Assembly (NCBI GenBank): GCA_023256475.1
Contig: JAGDXP010000002.1
Span: 109,747 to 173,746, forward strand
Reading direction: 5' to 3'
Source of the DNA: Thermoplasmata archaeon
GTDB lineage: Archaea > Thermoplasmatota > Thermoplasmata > Thermoplasmatales > GCA-001856825
Length of the DNA stretch: 64,000 nt
Shown piece after piece: positions 34,102 to 43,013 of this stretch. The notes under the pieces are model-generated. The model saw nothing but the letters and a program-made list of their open reading frames with translations, made no database searches and was not told where the DNA came from. The position numbers and the translations under genes were made by a program. The first letter of the stretch is position 1. Every line of letters starts with the position of its first letter.

Positions 34102-34632
34102 ATGATAGGAAAGTTAGCACCAGATTTTGAGGCAAACTATGTTGTGAACGGAGAAATTGCCAAGAAGCCTTTAAAGCTATCTGAAGTATATAAAAGCGGG
34201 AAATGGGTAATACTCTTCTTCTACCCAGCCGATTTTACATTTGTTTGCCCTACGGAAGTAGAAGGATTTGCAGAGAAATACCATGAATTCCAGAAGATGG
34301 GAGCAGAAGTAATTGCCGTGAGTACAGATACTGTGTATACACATAAGGCATGGATAGAGCACGATTCAAGAGTTTCCAAGGCCAAATATCCTATGGTTGA
34401 GGACAGAACCGGCCAAATATCCAAAGCTTATCAGGTTTACAATGAAAAAACTGGAAATGCGTTCAGGGGTCTGTTCATAATAGATCCGAAAGGAATAGTT
34501 AGGTACATGGTAGTAACGGATGATAACGTTGGAAGAAGCACAGAGGAAACCAAGAGGGTTCTTGCAGCACTCCAATCTGGTGGTCTGTGCCCAGTAGATT
34601 GGGAACCTGGCCAACCAACACTCAAAATTTAA
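34102..34632 (+). CDS. Peroxiredoxin (AhpC/TSA family, 2-Cys)
   Basis: 176 aa. Peroxidatic Cys context FYPADFTFVCPTE and a second Cys near the C-terminus (GGLCPVDW). Confidence 0.9.
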   Translation: MIGKLAPDFEANYVVNGEIAKKPLKLSEVYKSGKWVILFFYPADFTFVCPTEVEGFAEKYHEFQKMGAEVIAVSTDTVYTHKAWIEHDSRVSKAKYPMVEDRTGQISKAYQVYNEKTGNAFRGLFIIDPKGIVRYMVVTDDNVGRSTEETKRVLAALQSGGLCPVDWEPGQPTLKI

Positions 34633-34644
34633 TTTCTTTAAATT

Positions 34645-34911
34645 TTATTTCAGTATTTTAAAATCTTCAAAATTTCCTTCTTCCTGATATTCCATGATCT
34701 TTTCTGTCACAATGGCATCAGGAATTCCATTTTCGCAGTACTGGATGAGTTTTTCGACTGCCTCTGGGCTTCCCTTAAATATGGCTTCCACAGTTCCATC
34801 AGCATTATTCCTAATCCATCCGAAAACGTTTAGTGAGCGTGCCATTCTTCTGGTCCTTTCCCTGAATCCAACGCCCTGAACAATACCCTTGAATATTATA
34901 TGGACTTGCAT
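34645..34911 (-). CDS. acyP: Acylphosphatase
   Basis: 88 aa. The GIVQGVGFR motif and GWIRNNADGTVE support the call. Confidence 0.85.
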   Translation of the reverse strand: MQVHIIFKGIVQGVGFRERTRRMARSLNVFGWIRNNADGTVEAIFKGSPEAVEKLIQYCENGIPDAIVTEKIMEYQEEGNFEDFKILK

Positions 34912-34986
34912 ATTCTTCAGATTGATTGCCTGTATTAATATTGTTACCTTAAAGTAAAATAAATTTTAAATAAATAAAGTTTATTT

Positions 34987-35934
34987 GTGCACATGACCAA
35001 ATGGTGGAATATCCTAGCTATTTTGGTAGTGGCCCTAGTATTTCTTTCCATAGGATACTATGCGGGCCAGCTTAGCAATCATACCGCTCAGGCTCCACAG
35101 AAGATAGTGGTAACGGACGATTTGGGCAGAAATGTTACCATTTACCTCCCTATTAAAAGAGTAGTCTCCATGGATCCATCCAACACGCAGATGATGTACG
35201 CCATAGGTGCAGGTAATTTGCTGGTTGCAGATACATCCTATGATTGGTGGCCAGCTCAAGCTAAGAATTTGCCAAAGGTTGAGATGGACAATGGTACGGC
35301 TTCGGTTGAGGAAGTTGTAAGCTACAATCCGAATCTGGTTCTAGCAACGACCATTCAGAGTTCACAGATTATAAACCAGCTGGAAAGCCTCGGGATACCA
35401 GTCCTAGTACTTGAACCTAACAACATAAGTGGCATTTACAGAGATATGTATCTCCTAGGCAATATAACTGGCCATAAGTCGGGTGCAGTCAATGAAGTCA
35501 ACTACATGAAGAACTATATCGGAAACATAACTTCAAAGATTGCCGGATTGCCAAAACTAAGGGTACTTTACATGCTCTGGCCAGATCCAATTTATACTGC
35601 TGGAAATGATACATTTATCAACGATATAATTACCACTGCCGGAGGAATAAATGTCGCCGCTAACTTAACTGGTCCATGGCCAATAATAAATAATGAAACT
35701 ATTCTTCAGGACAATCCCCAGGTACTGCTTGTAGACAACGGCACCGGAATATCCAACATCTCATATTTCAAGAGCAATCCTCTGTGGAGCAACATTTCTG
35801 CAGTTGAAAATAACAGAGTATACATTTTCAACCAGACCGAATCTAACTGGATGAATGAACCGGGACCTTTAACAATCTACGCAGTTAAAATGGTAGCCCA
35901 ATTCCTGTATCCACAGGTATTCAATGAGACCTAA
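34987..35934 (+). CDS. ABC importer substrate-binding protein (iron-siderophore/cobalamin PBP family), membrane-anchored
   Basis: 315 aa with an N-terminal hydrophobic anchor. It lies upstream of a FecCD permease and ATPase. 14 N-x-S/T sequons. Confidence 0.75.
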   Translation: MHMTKWWNILAILVVALVFLSIGYYAGQLSNHTAQAPQKIVVTDDLGRNVTIYLPIKRVVSMDPSNTQMMYAIGAGNLLVADTSYDWWPAQAKNLPKVEMDNGTASVEEVVSYNPNLVLATTIQSSQIINQLESLGIPVLVLEPNNISGIYRDMYLLGNITGHKSGAVNEVNYMKNYIGNITSKIAGLPKLRVLYMLWPDPIYTAGNDTFINDIITTAGGINVAANLTGPWPIINNETILQDNPQVLLVDNGTGISNISYFKSNPLWSNISAVENNRVYIFNQTESNWMNEPGPLTIYAVKMVAQFLYPQVFNET

Positions 35935-36919
35935 AATCCTAATTTTATTTTCTCTCTTAATTCTCTTAATATTGAACATTTTAACATCTATCAGCATAGG
36001 CCCTGTTAGAATTCCATTTTATGATGTGGTAATAACCATCTTCCAATACTTCACAGGAGACCCGTATAACAGAATATATATGCTCATAATTTTCTACATA
36101 AGAATGCCCAGAGTACTGCTGGCTGTACTAATAGGTGCGGTTTTAGCAATCTCGGGATTGACCACCCAAACAATTTTTAGGAATCCACTTGGCGACCCTT
36201 ACCTTACAGGGATAGCCAGTGGTGCGGCTCTGGGTGCAGCAATAGGTTTTCTCATATCCCCTTTTGTGGTTGAACCTTTGGCTTTCGCATTTGCTATGCT
36301 AGCTGTGTTCATCACCTTCGTGATATCAAGGGTAGATGGTGAATTCAGCCCAGAAATAATGATACTTGCGGGGATTGCTGTTTCATTTTTCTTTTCGGCC
36401 ATAGCATCTTATCTTATCTATCTGAGGGAAGTCAATTTGAGAGGCGTCCTCTTTTGGCTTCTGGGAGGATTGTATGGGGCAAACTGGAATGACGTCTTCT
36501 ACCTTACAATAGCCTCCCTTATATTATTTCCTATAATCTTCTACTTCATCCCAGAATTTGATCTCATGCTCATGGGTGATGAGCAAGCCAAGTCAATGGG
36601 TGTAAATACCAAAAGGGTCAAGGTATTCACACTGCTATCTTCTTCCATAGTTACTTCCTTCGCCGTCTCCATGGTTGGAATTATAGGTTTTATAGGTCTT
36701 GTATCACCACATATTGCTAGAAAGATAGTTGGAGAGAGCCATCGATTTCTATTACCCGCTTCCATACTGATCGGGGCAAATCTGCTCCTTGCAAGCGATA
36801 CCATTGCAAGGTCAAATCCCGGTGGTGAGATACCTGTAGGAATAATAACTTCCTTCATAGGTGCGCCTTTGCTCATATACCTTCTCATTAGGAGGAGATT
36901 CATTGATCGAAGCAATTAA
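35924..36919 (+). CDS. ABC importer permease, FecCD/BtuC family
   Basis: 331 aa and polytopic. Conserved FecCD blocks (RMPRVLLAVLIGA, FRNPLGDPYLTGIASGAALGA, IPVGIITSFIGAPLLIYLL). Confidence 0.85.
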   Translation: MRPKILILFSLLILLILNILTSISIGPVRIPFYDVVITIFQYFTGDPYNRIYMLIIFYIRMPRVLLAVLIGAVLAISGLTTQTIFRNPLGDPYLTGIASGAALGAAIGFLISPFVVEPLAFAFAMLAVFITFVISRVDGEFSPEIMILAGIAVSFFFSAIASYLIYLREVNLRGVLFWLLGGLYGANWNDVFYLTIASLILFPIIFYFIPEFDLMLMGDEQAKSMGVNTKRVKVFTLLSSSIVTSFAVSMVGIIGFIGLVSPHIARKIVGESHRFLLPASILIGANLLLASDTIARSNPGGEIPVGIITSFIGAPLLIYLLIRRRFIDRSN

Positions 36920-37631
36920 CCTCTCTGTAAAAATCGGAAGCAGACAGATATTAAAGAAAATAAACTTCACTTTCCAGGATAAAGAAAAAATTGCCATAGT
37001 AGGTCCCAATGGATCTGGTAAAACCACCCTTCTCAGGGCCCTAGGAGGTATGCTGCCATATATGGGAGAAATAATCCTGGATGGAATGGAGATTCGAAAA
37101 TATAAAAGGCAGGATATTGCAAAGCTTGTTTCGTATGTCCCGCAGATATTTTACACCCCCTACACCTTCACGGTTGAAGAATTTGTGAAGATGGGCAAAT
37201 ATGTAGACATTAGAAACTGGTGGAACGCTGAGGAAATAGACCGATACCTTGATGATGTCGGAATCCTTAGTCTGAAGGCTAGGTATGTTAATACACTCTC
37301 AGGCGGAGAACTTCAAAAGGTGCTTATAGCCAGAGCATTAGCTCAGAATCCAAAAATAATAATGCTGGATGAACCCACCTCGCATCTGGATCCCAAGGCC
37401 GCACTAGAAATAAATAAGATAATTACCAATCTGGATAAGACTGTGATTTCAGTTGTCCATGATCTAAATGCAGCATACAATCTGTACAGCAAAATAATGG
37501 TCATGGCAAATGGCGAAATTTTTGGAATATTTGAAGGAAAATCTCAAGATTTCGTTGATGCCATTTCTAAAATATATGGGATACAATACGAAATAATGGG
37601 CAACAGATTTATAGTGCCCAGGGGTCCGTAG
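36903..37631 (+). CDS. ABC importer ATPase (FepC/BtuD-like)
   Basis: Walker A GPNGSGKTT, signature LSGGELQK, Walker B IMLDEPTSHLD. The start is set at TTG 36903, preceded by GGAGG. The ORF track starts at GTG 36861. Confidence 0.85.
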   Translation: MIEAINLSVKIGSRQILKKINFTFQDKEKIAIVGPNGSGKTTLLRALGGMLPYMGEIILDGMEIRKYKRQDIAKLVSYVPQIFYTPYTFTVEEFVKMGKYVDIRNWWNAEEIDRYLDDVGILSLKARYVNTLSGGELQKVLIARALAQNPKIIMLDEPTSHLDPKAALEINKIITNLDKTVISVVHDLNAAYNLYSKIMVMANGEIFGIFEGKSQDFVDAISKIYGIQYEIMGNRFIVPRGP

Positions 37632-37633
37632 TT

Positions 37634-38518
37634 CTAATAAATGGTTAGACCTGTTCTGGATATTTTTGTAATAATAGGGTTTCCATACTTCCTCAATATT
37701 TCATAGGCCTCGTCATTGTATATCGAAATTATGCTGTCTCCTATTAGAGATACGCTCGACGGAATTCCCCCTAAATCCTCCAGTATAGTTAGAGAGTTTG
37801 GAGAGACAAGGTCCGAATCTATAGCGAATTTTCTTCCTATTCTGAGTCCATTTTCCAACGTTGGTCTCTTTATGAACTCCTTCAGTGACGCCTTGCCGTT
37901 TTTGATTATTTTCCTTACAATAGATTCAGAACTTATTATTTCCCCTGTAGGCACCTTCTTCTTAAACGGTAAAACAAGAAGGTCGGTATCCTTTACTAAT
38001 ATTCTCTCAGTCACTGAATAAGGAAAGCTGCCTCCTTTAATCCTGATGTGAAGCCCGCCACTTATCTGAGATTGCACATCCCCTAGCCCTGTCCCCCTCT
38101 TTATTTCAATTTGGTGTGCCATTTTGTATATCTCCCCTATTCTTGTATAATTTCCCTTTATGGCAGCTATTGTTGTCAATGCTGCGGCTGCACTTAGCCC
38201 GAATCCAGATGATGGAGGCAATTCGGAGGTTGAATAAATCTTGCCTTTGAATCTTAGCCTTTTTGCCACCTCCTCCTGTATGGATTTATCCAGAGGGATT
38301 CCATTGAATCTTACTTCTAATTCATCTGATGGCTCGATCCTTGTATTCATTCCTGACTCAATGCATATAGCTACACCTTGCGACCCCTTCTTCAATGCAT
38401 CACTGTATCTATTGGGTATAAAAAATAGCGTTGCACTACCTGGTGAAAAGGCTTTCACATAACTTTCTGACGATTGAGATTGAGACGTCATCTTTATCAC
38501 CTTTAAATTTTTCAACAA
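37634..38518 (-). CDS. GHMP-family kinase, pantoate kinase-like (archaeal CoA pathway)
   Basis: 294 aa. AFSPGSATLFFIP, GFGLSAAAAL (GHMP motif 2) and AHQIEIKRGTGLGDVQSQISGGLHIRIKGG match my recollection of PoK (COG1829). Adjacent to coaBC. Start uncertain, with a 23-83 nt overlap with coaBC. Confidence 0.65.
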   Translation of the reverse strand: MLKNLKVIKMTSQSQSSESYVKAFSPGSATLFFIPNRYSDALKKGSQGVAICIESGMNTRIEPSDELEVRFNGIPLDKSIQEEVAKRLRFKGKIYSTSELPPSSGFGLSAAAALTTIAAIKGNYTRIGEIYKMAHQIEIKRGTGLGDVQSQISGGLHIRIKGGSFPYSVTERILVKDTDLLVLPFKKKVPTGEIISSESIVRKIIKNGKASLKEFIKRPTLENGLRIGRKFAIDSDLVSPNSLTILEDLGGIPSSVSLIGDSIISIYNDEAYEILRKYGNPIITKISRTGLTIY

Positions 38519-39629
38519 TATTTTTACCTACAAGATAAACTATTGTATTTCCGTGTTTTACTTCTTCCAGTCTATTAGCTATAACATAATCCAAATTATA
38601 CTCCTCAAGCCTTTTCTTTGCCCTGCTAATGAGCTCCTTTTCAGTAACTCCGTACTCTGCCTTAAATCCTATTAAGAACCCACTATACTGTTTCCTCAAT
38701 TCCCTCAAAAATTTCTTAGCAGGTATCAGATTCAGATTCAACTCCTTCTCTGAAGGAATCTTTCCTGACCTCTTTTTCAAGGTAAAATCAGACAGCGCTG
38801 CTGGGACAATAACCATATCGCTCTCTCTTATTTTTGGTATCAATGATATCAAATCTTCAACAGTCTTAAAACTTTCATATGTCAAATAGCTTGGAACCTG
38901 TGTTCTCATTATTCCCAGATAATTATGGAGATCAGCACCTAAATAATAGAATGCTTTCATTAAGCTTACGGTGGTTTCCCCCGTTGACAAGTTTGTTATA
39001 ACTCTAACATCATCTATGGGCTCTGCACTTGAACCTCCTACTACAGCCACCTTCTTGCCAGAACATATGGGATTGAGCATTCTTATGGCACTTGCGGTTA
39101 TGTATTCGATGTCGGCCATTTTAGCTTTATTTTCCTCCAATATTGGGTCTAGAAAGACAATTCCATATTTTCTCAATTTCTGTATGTTTTCCTTCAGGAT
39201 TGGATTTTCTAACATGCCCTGATGCATTGCGGGAACTATCAATATGGGCTTCCTTCCTATTGCATTGGAAAGAACTGATGTAACTGGTGTATCATCAATT
39301 CCCATGGCTGCCTTTGAAATTGTATTTGCAGTTGCGGGGGCTACCAGAATCAGATCCGAATTGTTAACTAGGGTTACATGTTCTATCCTTCCAGTAAGTT
39401 CAGTAACAACTTCGTTTCCGCTCGCATATTGGAGTGAATACGGATGAATAATCTTCATTGCAGATTGGTTCATTACTGGAAATACTGTTGCACCGTGCCT
39501 CTTTAATTCGTGTATAAGCTTAACATCTTCTACTGCCGCAATGGAGCCTGTGACGCCTAACACAACCCTTTTACCATCCAGCAGGTTACTTTTTGACCTT
39601 AATTCTGTTGTCATATTTCCAAAATCCAT
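38436..39629 (-). CDS. coaBC: Bifunctional phosphopantothenoylcysteine decarboxylase/synthetase (CoaBC/Dfp)
   Basis: 397 aa. N-terminal flavoprotein motif GKRVVLGVTGSIAA and PAMH, with a C-terminal CoaB domain. Confidence 0.9.
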   Translation of the reverse strand: MDFGNMTTELRSKSNLLDGKRVVLGVTGSIAAVEDVKLIHELKRHGATVFPVMNQSAMKIIHPYSLQYASGNEVVTELTGRIEHVTLVNNSDLILVAPATANTISKAAMGIDDTPVTSVLSNAIGRKPILIVPAMHQGMLENPILKENIQKLRKYGIVFLDPILEENKAKMADIEYITASAIRMLNPICSGKKVAVVGGSSAEPIDDVRVITNLSTGETTVSLMKAFYYLGADLHNYLGIMRTQVPSYLTYESFKTVEDLISLIPKIRESDMVIVPAALSDFTLKKRSGKIPSEKELNLNLIPAKKFLRELRKQYSGFLIGFKAEYGVTEKELISRAKKRLEEYNLDYVIANRLEEVKHGNTIVYLVGKNIVEKFKGDKDDVSISIVRKLCESLFTR

Positions 39630-39684
39630 TTATTAGTATTGTGTCTACGATAAAAAATTTTAATGCTGTTCATATGCATCATAG

Positions 39685-41034
39685 ATGGAAATATTTGATA
39701 CCCTCAGCAATAGCCTTAAGGAATTAAAGACCGCAAATGGCAAAAGGTTCAACGTCTTTGTATGCGGCCCTACTGTATATGATAAGCCTCACCTTGGCCA
39801 TGCCAGAACCTATATCTTTTTTGACATATTCATAAGGTATCTTAGATATAAGGGCCTACACCCCTTCTATTTAATGAACATTACCGATATAGATGACAAA
39901 ATCATTAAAAAGGCTAATTCTGAGAATGTACCCTACGATGAAATTTCCAGAAGGTATTCAGCTGAATTTTTCAAAATAATGAAGGCATTGCGGAATGAGA
40001 GCGTGAACTATTATGCATTTGCTACTGATTTCATAAATGAAATAATAAGTCAGATATCCCGCCTTATGGACAGAGGCTATGCTTATGAGACCTCAGATGG
40101 GGTTTATTATAGTGTAGAAAAATTTGCTGATTACGGAAAATTATCACATCAGGACATTTCCCAATTAAAGGCCGGTGCAAGGGTTGAAACAAATGAAAAC
40201 AAAAAGAGTCCTCTCGATTTTGCCTTATGGAAGAAAAGGAAGCCCAACGAACCCTATTGGGATTCCCCCTGGGGGGAGGGAAGGCCTGGCTGGCATATAG
40301 AAGATACCGCTATCACAGAGAGGTTCTTCGGTTATCATTATGACCTGCACGGTGGCGGAATTGATCTCATATTCCCCCATCATGAGGCGGAGATCGCTCA
40401 AATGGAGGCAATATCTGGCAAACCGCCGCTGGTAGATTATTGGGTGCATACGGGCCATCTTTCTGTGGAAAATGTTAAAATGAGCAAAAGCCTTGGGAAC
40501 TTCATTACGGTTGAGGAAATTTTGAAGGACTACTGGCCAGAATCCATCAGGCTTTTGTTCATTGGAATGAACTATAGAGATACATCTAACTTCAGCATGG
40601 ATGGATTGAACAATTCACAAATTATTGCTGAAAGGTTAACCTGGATTTATAGAAAAGTCGCAGATGTGGAAACACAGAGGAAGGAAAATTATGAAACTTT
40701 CATCAACGAGATCACTGAGCCCCTAGATAAAAATATGAACACCCCCGAATCTTTGGCGAATATAAATGCCTTCATAAGATGGGCTACAAATGAACTGGGC
40801 AAAACCGATGGCAAGAACGGTGAAATCAGGGCTATACTTGATGATATAGATTCAATATTTGGAATAGTTAGAAAGGCTCCTTTGCCCGAAGGTCTATTGA
40901 ATACGGTGCTTGAAATCAGGAAGAGAGCCAGGGCAAATGGTGACTATGGAACCTCAGACAAAATAAGGTCAGATTTATCGAAATTGGGAATTAAGATAGA
41001 GGACAAGGGGAATGAATCCTTCGCATGGTGGTGA
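39685..41034 (+). CDS. cysS: Cysteinyl-tRNA synthetase
   Basis: 449 aa. Class I HIGH variant HLGHARTY and KMSKS (KMSKSLGN). Confidence 0.95.
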   Translation: MEIFDTLSNSLKELKTANGKRFNVFVCGPTVYDKPHLGHARTYIFFDIFIRYLRYKGLHPFYLMNITDIDDKIIKKANSENVPYDEISRRYSAEFFKIMKALRNESVNYYAFATDFINEIISQISRLMDRGYAYETSDGVYYSVEKFADYGKLSHQDISQLKAGARVETNENKKSPLDFALWKKRKPNEPYWDSPWGEGRPGWHIEDTAITERFFGYHYDLHGGGIDLIFPHHEAEIAQMEAISGKPPLVDYWVHTGHLSVENVKMSKSLGNFITVEEILKDYWPESIRLLFIGMNYRDTSNFSMDGLNNSQIIAERLTWIYRKVADVETQRKENYETFINEITEPLDKNMNTPESLANINAFIRWATNELGKTDGKNGEIRAILDDIDSIFGIVRKAPLPEGLLNTVLEIRKRARANGDYGTSDKIRSDLSKLGIKIEDKGNESFAWW

Positions 41035-41072
41035 ATTAGAAAGGTAATTAATGTTATTCCTGATTTACCATC

Positions 41073-42233
41073 ATGAAAAACATAGCATCCTTCCAAGATA
41101 TAATCAACCTTAGGACTACCGATATATATTTCATGAGAGTTAGAGAGATCCTAAACAAGGCAGGAAAGAATCCCCATGTTGTAATGGACGTTACCCTTTC
41201 GAGCAGAGAATTACCATGGCTTGTGCTATCAGGCTTGGATGATTTCACAGCAATTCTTGAGGGCAGGCAGGTAGATGCATATGCACTAAAGGAGGGGACA
41301 ATCTTTCCACCGAGGGATATTAATGGAATCCCCATCCCTGCAGTGAGCATATCTGGAAAATATCTTGAATTTGGGCTTTTTGAGACACCATTGCTTGGTT
41401 CCATATCCCAGGCTTCCGGTATAGCTACTAAGGCTGCAAGGTTTAAGAAGAGAATAGGGGATTTGCCACTCTCATCATTTGGCGTTAGAAGAATGCACCC
41501 TAGTCTTGCGCCATTCATAGATAGAAACGCATACCTGGGGGGATGCGATAAAGTATCAAGCATTATTGGGGCCGAGAGGGTAGGAATTAACCCCGAGGGT
41601 ACCATGCCCCATTCCCTTCTAATAATCATGGGCGAGGAAAATGGATGGAGAATGTATGATGAAGTAATTGAGAGTGATGCGCCTAGAATCGCACTGGTAG
41701 ATACTTTCTGTGATGAAAAAGAGGCAGCAGTAAGAGCAGCGAAAGTAATAAAGAATCTTTCAGCAGTAAGGCTGGATACCCCATCATCCAGAAGGGGTAA
41801 TTTTGCAGATATCATAAGGGAGGTTCGCTGGGAACTTGACAGGAATGGGTTCAGCCATGTGAATATAATAGTGAGCGGAGGTATAAAAGAGGAAGACATT
41901 GAAACATTGAAGGAAGCGGGTGCAACCGGATTCGGAATTGGAACCTCGATTTCTAGTGCTCCCTCCATCGATTTTGCCATGGATATAGTTGAAATGGATG
42001 GTAGGCCCATTACCAAGAGGGGAAAGTTCTCTGGAAGGAAAAATGTATTTAGATGCCCTAAGTGCCACCTATTCAAAGTGAGTACGGAGAAAAGTGAATA
42101 TTGTCCCAAGGATAGAGAAATCATGGAAAATGTACTTGAAAAGATAATTGATAATGGAAAAATCATGTACAAAGAGGATTTAAAGGCCACAAGAAAGTAT
42201 GTTTTGGAGCAATTAAAATGGTTCGAATTATAA
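41073..42233 (+). CDS. Nicotinate phosphoribosyltransferase (type II PRTase) with C-terminal zinc-knuckle
   Basis: 386 aa. TIM-barrel PRTase blocks (GVRRMHP, VDTF, RLDTPSSRRG, IVSGGI) and CPKC...CPKD, as in the Thermoplasma-type NAPRTase. Confidence 0.85.
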   Translation: MKNIASFQDIINLRTTDIYFMRVREILNKAGKNPHVVMDVTLSSRELPWLVLSGLDDFTAILEGRQVDAYALKEGTIFPPRDINGIPIPAVSISGKYLEFGLFETPLLGSISQASGIATKAARFKKRIGDLPLSSFGVRRMHPSLAPFIDRNAYLGGCDKVSSIIGAERVGINPEGTMPHSLLIIMGEENGWRMYDEVIESDAPRIALVDTFCDEKEAAVRAAKVIKNLSAVRLDTPSSRRGNFADIIREVRWELDRNGFSHVNIIVSGGIKEEDIETLKEAGATGFGIGTSISSAPSIDFAMDIVEMDGRPITKRGKFSGRKNVFRCPKCHLFKVSTEKSEYCPKDREIMENVLEKIIDNGKIMYKEDLKATRKYVLEQLKWFEL

Positions 42234-42625
42234 ACTTATCCAGCAGCGGAAATGATGATACTGCAAATAAGTTACTGAAAATCCTAGATGGGATCAGCAT
42301 AAAGGGCTTTAAAATTACAGTAAACGGCAATGCCTATGATATATGCATAGAAATCCTAAGCGGCAATGTAAGAGCGCCCACTATTGAAACTTCCGAAGCA
42401 TTGGGAAGCGACCTTTGCCACTCTGCCAGATCTCAATTGATACCCTGCATTTTTAATCCTGTGAATGACGTAGACAAAATAAAGGTCACTGTACCAAAAC
42501 TTCCTGAATTTGATCTGAGCGGGAATGGCCCAACCATGTGCTTAGAAATGGAAATAAAATTTCTTGAAACCCTAATTTCAAGAATTATAAATTTAAAATT
42601 TATTGACCGCTCTTCCTCTCCTTGA
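42218..42625 (+). CDS. Hypothetical protein, translationally coupled to the NAPRTase gene
   Basis: 135 aa. ATG start overlaps the NAPRTase 3' end by 16 nt. No family recognised. Its 3' end overlaps the convergent eL40 gene by 26 nt. Confidence 0.35.
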   Translation: MVRIINLSSSGNDDTANKLLKILDGISIKGFKITVNGNAYDICIEILSGNVRAPTIETSEALGSDLCHSARSQLIPCIFNPVNDVDKIKVTVPKLPEFDLSGNGPTMCLEMEIKFLETLISRIINLKFIDRSSSP

Positions 42626-42731
42626 CCTTCAATCTCAATTGCTTGCTTCCACATTTTCTGCACTTTTCTGCCCTTATGGGATTAGATGCTCCGCATTTCA
42701 TGCATATCTTCTTATTGAATATTCTATCCAT
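42600..42731 (-). CDS. rpl40e: 50S ribosomal protein eL40 (L40e)
   Basis: Own translation gives [43 protein letters not shown] (43 aa). C-x2-C...C-x2-C zinc ribbon and the conserved KKIC..CGA.NP....KCRKCG pattern. Below the ORF-track size cutoff. Confidence 0.8.
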   Translation of the reverse strand: MDRIFNKKICMKCGASNPIRAEKCRKCGSKQLRLKVKERKSGQ

Positions 42732-42848
42732 AGCTTCTTTGAATGGCATGCGAGGTTAATCATTCCAACATATTTATGGTCTTCGATTTGTACGGACTTG
42801 CTGATTGATCCTACTGAAAAATTATATATGTAATACAATTGCAGGCAT

Positions 42849-43013
42849 ATGGAGGAGCTCCTTGTTCATTTTGATGTTTATAAGGACAACAAGAAATATT
42901 ACGCTAAAGTAAAGAGTGAACTCGGCGGGCTTAGAGAGTATTCAGCCAAGACATTGGAAAAACTTATGGAGATAGTTGCATTGGATATTCTGGAAGAACT
43001 TGAAAACTTATAA
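42849..43013 (+). CDS. Small HicB/UPF0150-like protein (tentative)
   Basis: Own translation gives MEELLVHFDVYKDNKKYYAKVKSELGGLREYSAKTLEKLMEIVALDILEELENL (54 aa). The strand-turn-strand-ELxG-helix pattern resembles the HicB-like fold. It overlaps the start of the next ORF. Confidence 0.35.
   Translation: MEELLVHFDVYKDNKKYYAKVKSELGGLREYSAKTLEKLMEIVALDILEELENL

Noticed and set aside
41054-42190. A 378-codon ORF fully antisense to the NAPRTase gene. It is by far the longest shadow ORF in the window; the others are 151 codons or shorter.
   Set aside because: The plus-strand frame has unmistakable PRTase TIM-barrel motifs. The antisense product is S/L/P/I-rich and low-complexity, lacks the K/E-rich composition of real proteins here, and matches no motif. 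Its stop-free state only requires the absence of nnT-TAn, nnC-TAn and nnT-CAn codon junctions in the sense frame. It is still a statistical outlier in an AT-rich genome, so strand-specific RNA-seq or ribosome profiling would settle it.
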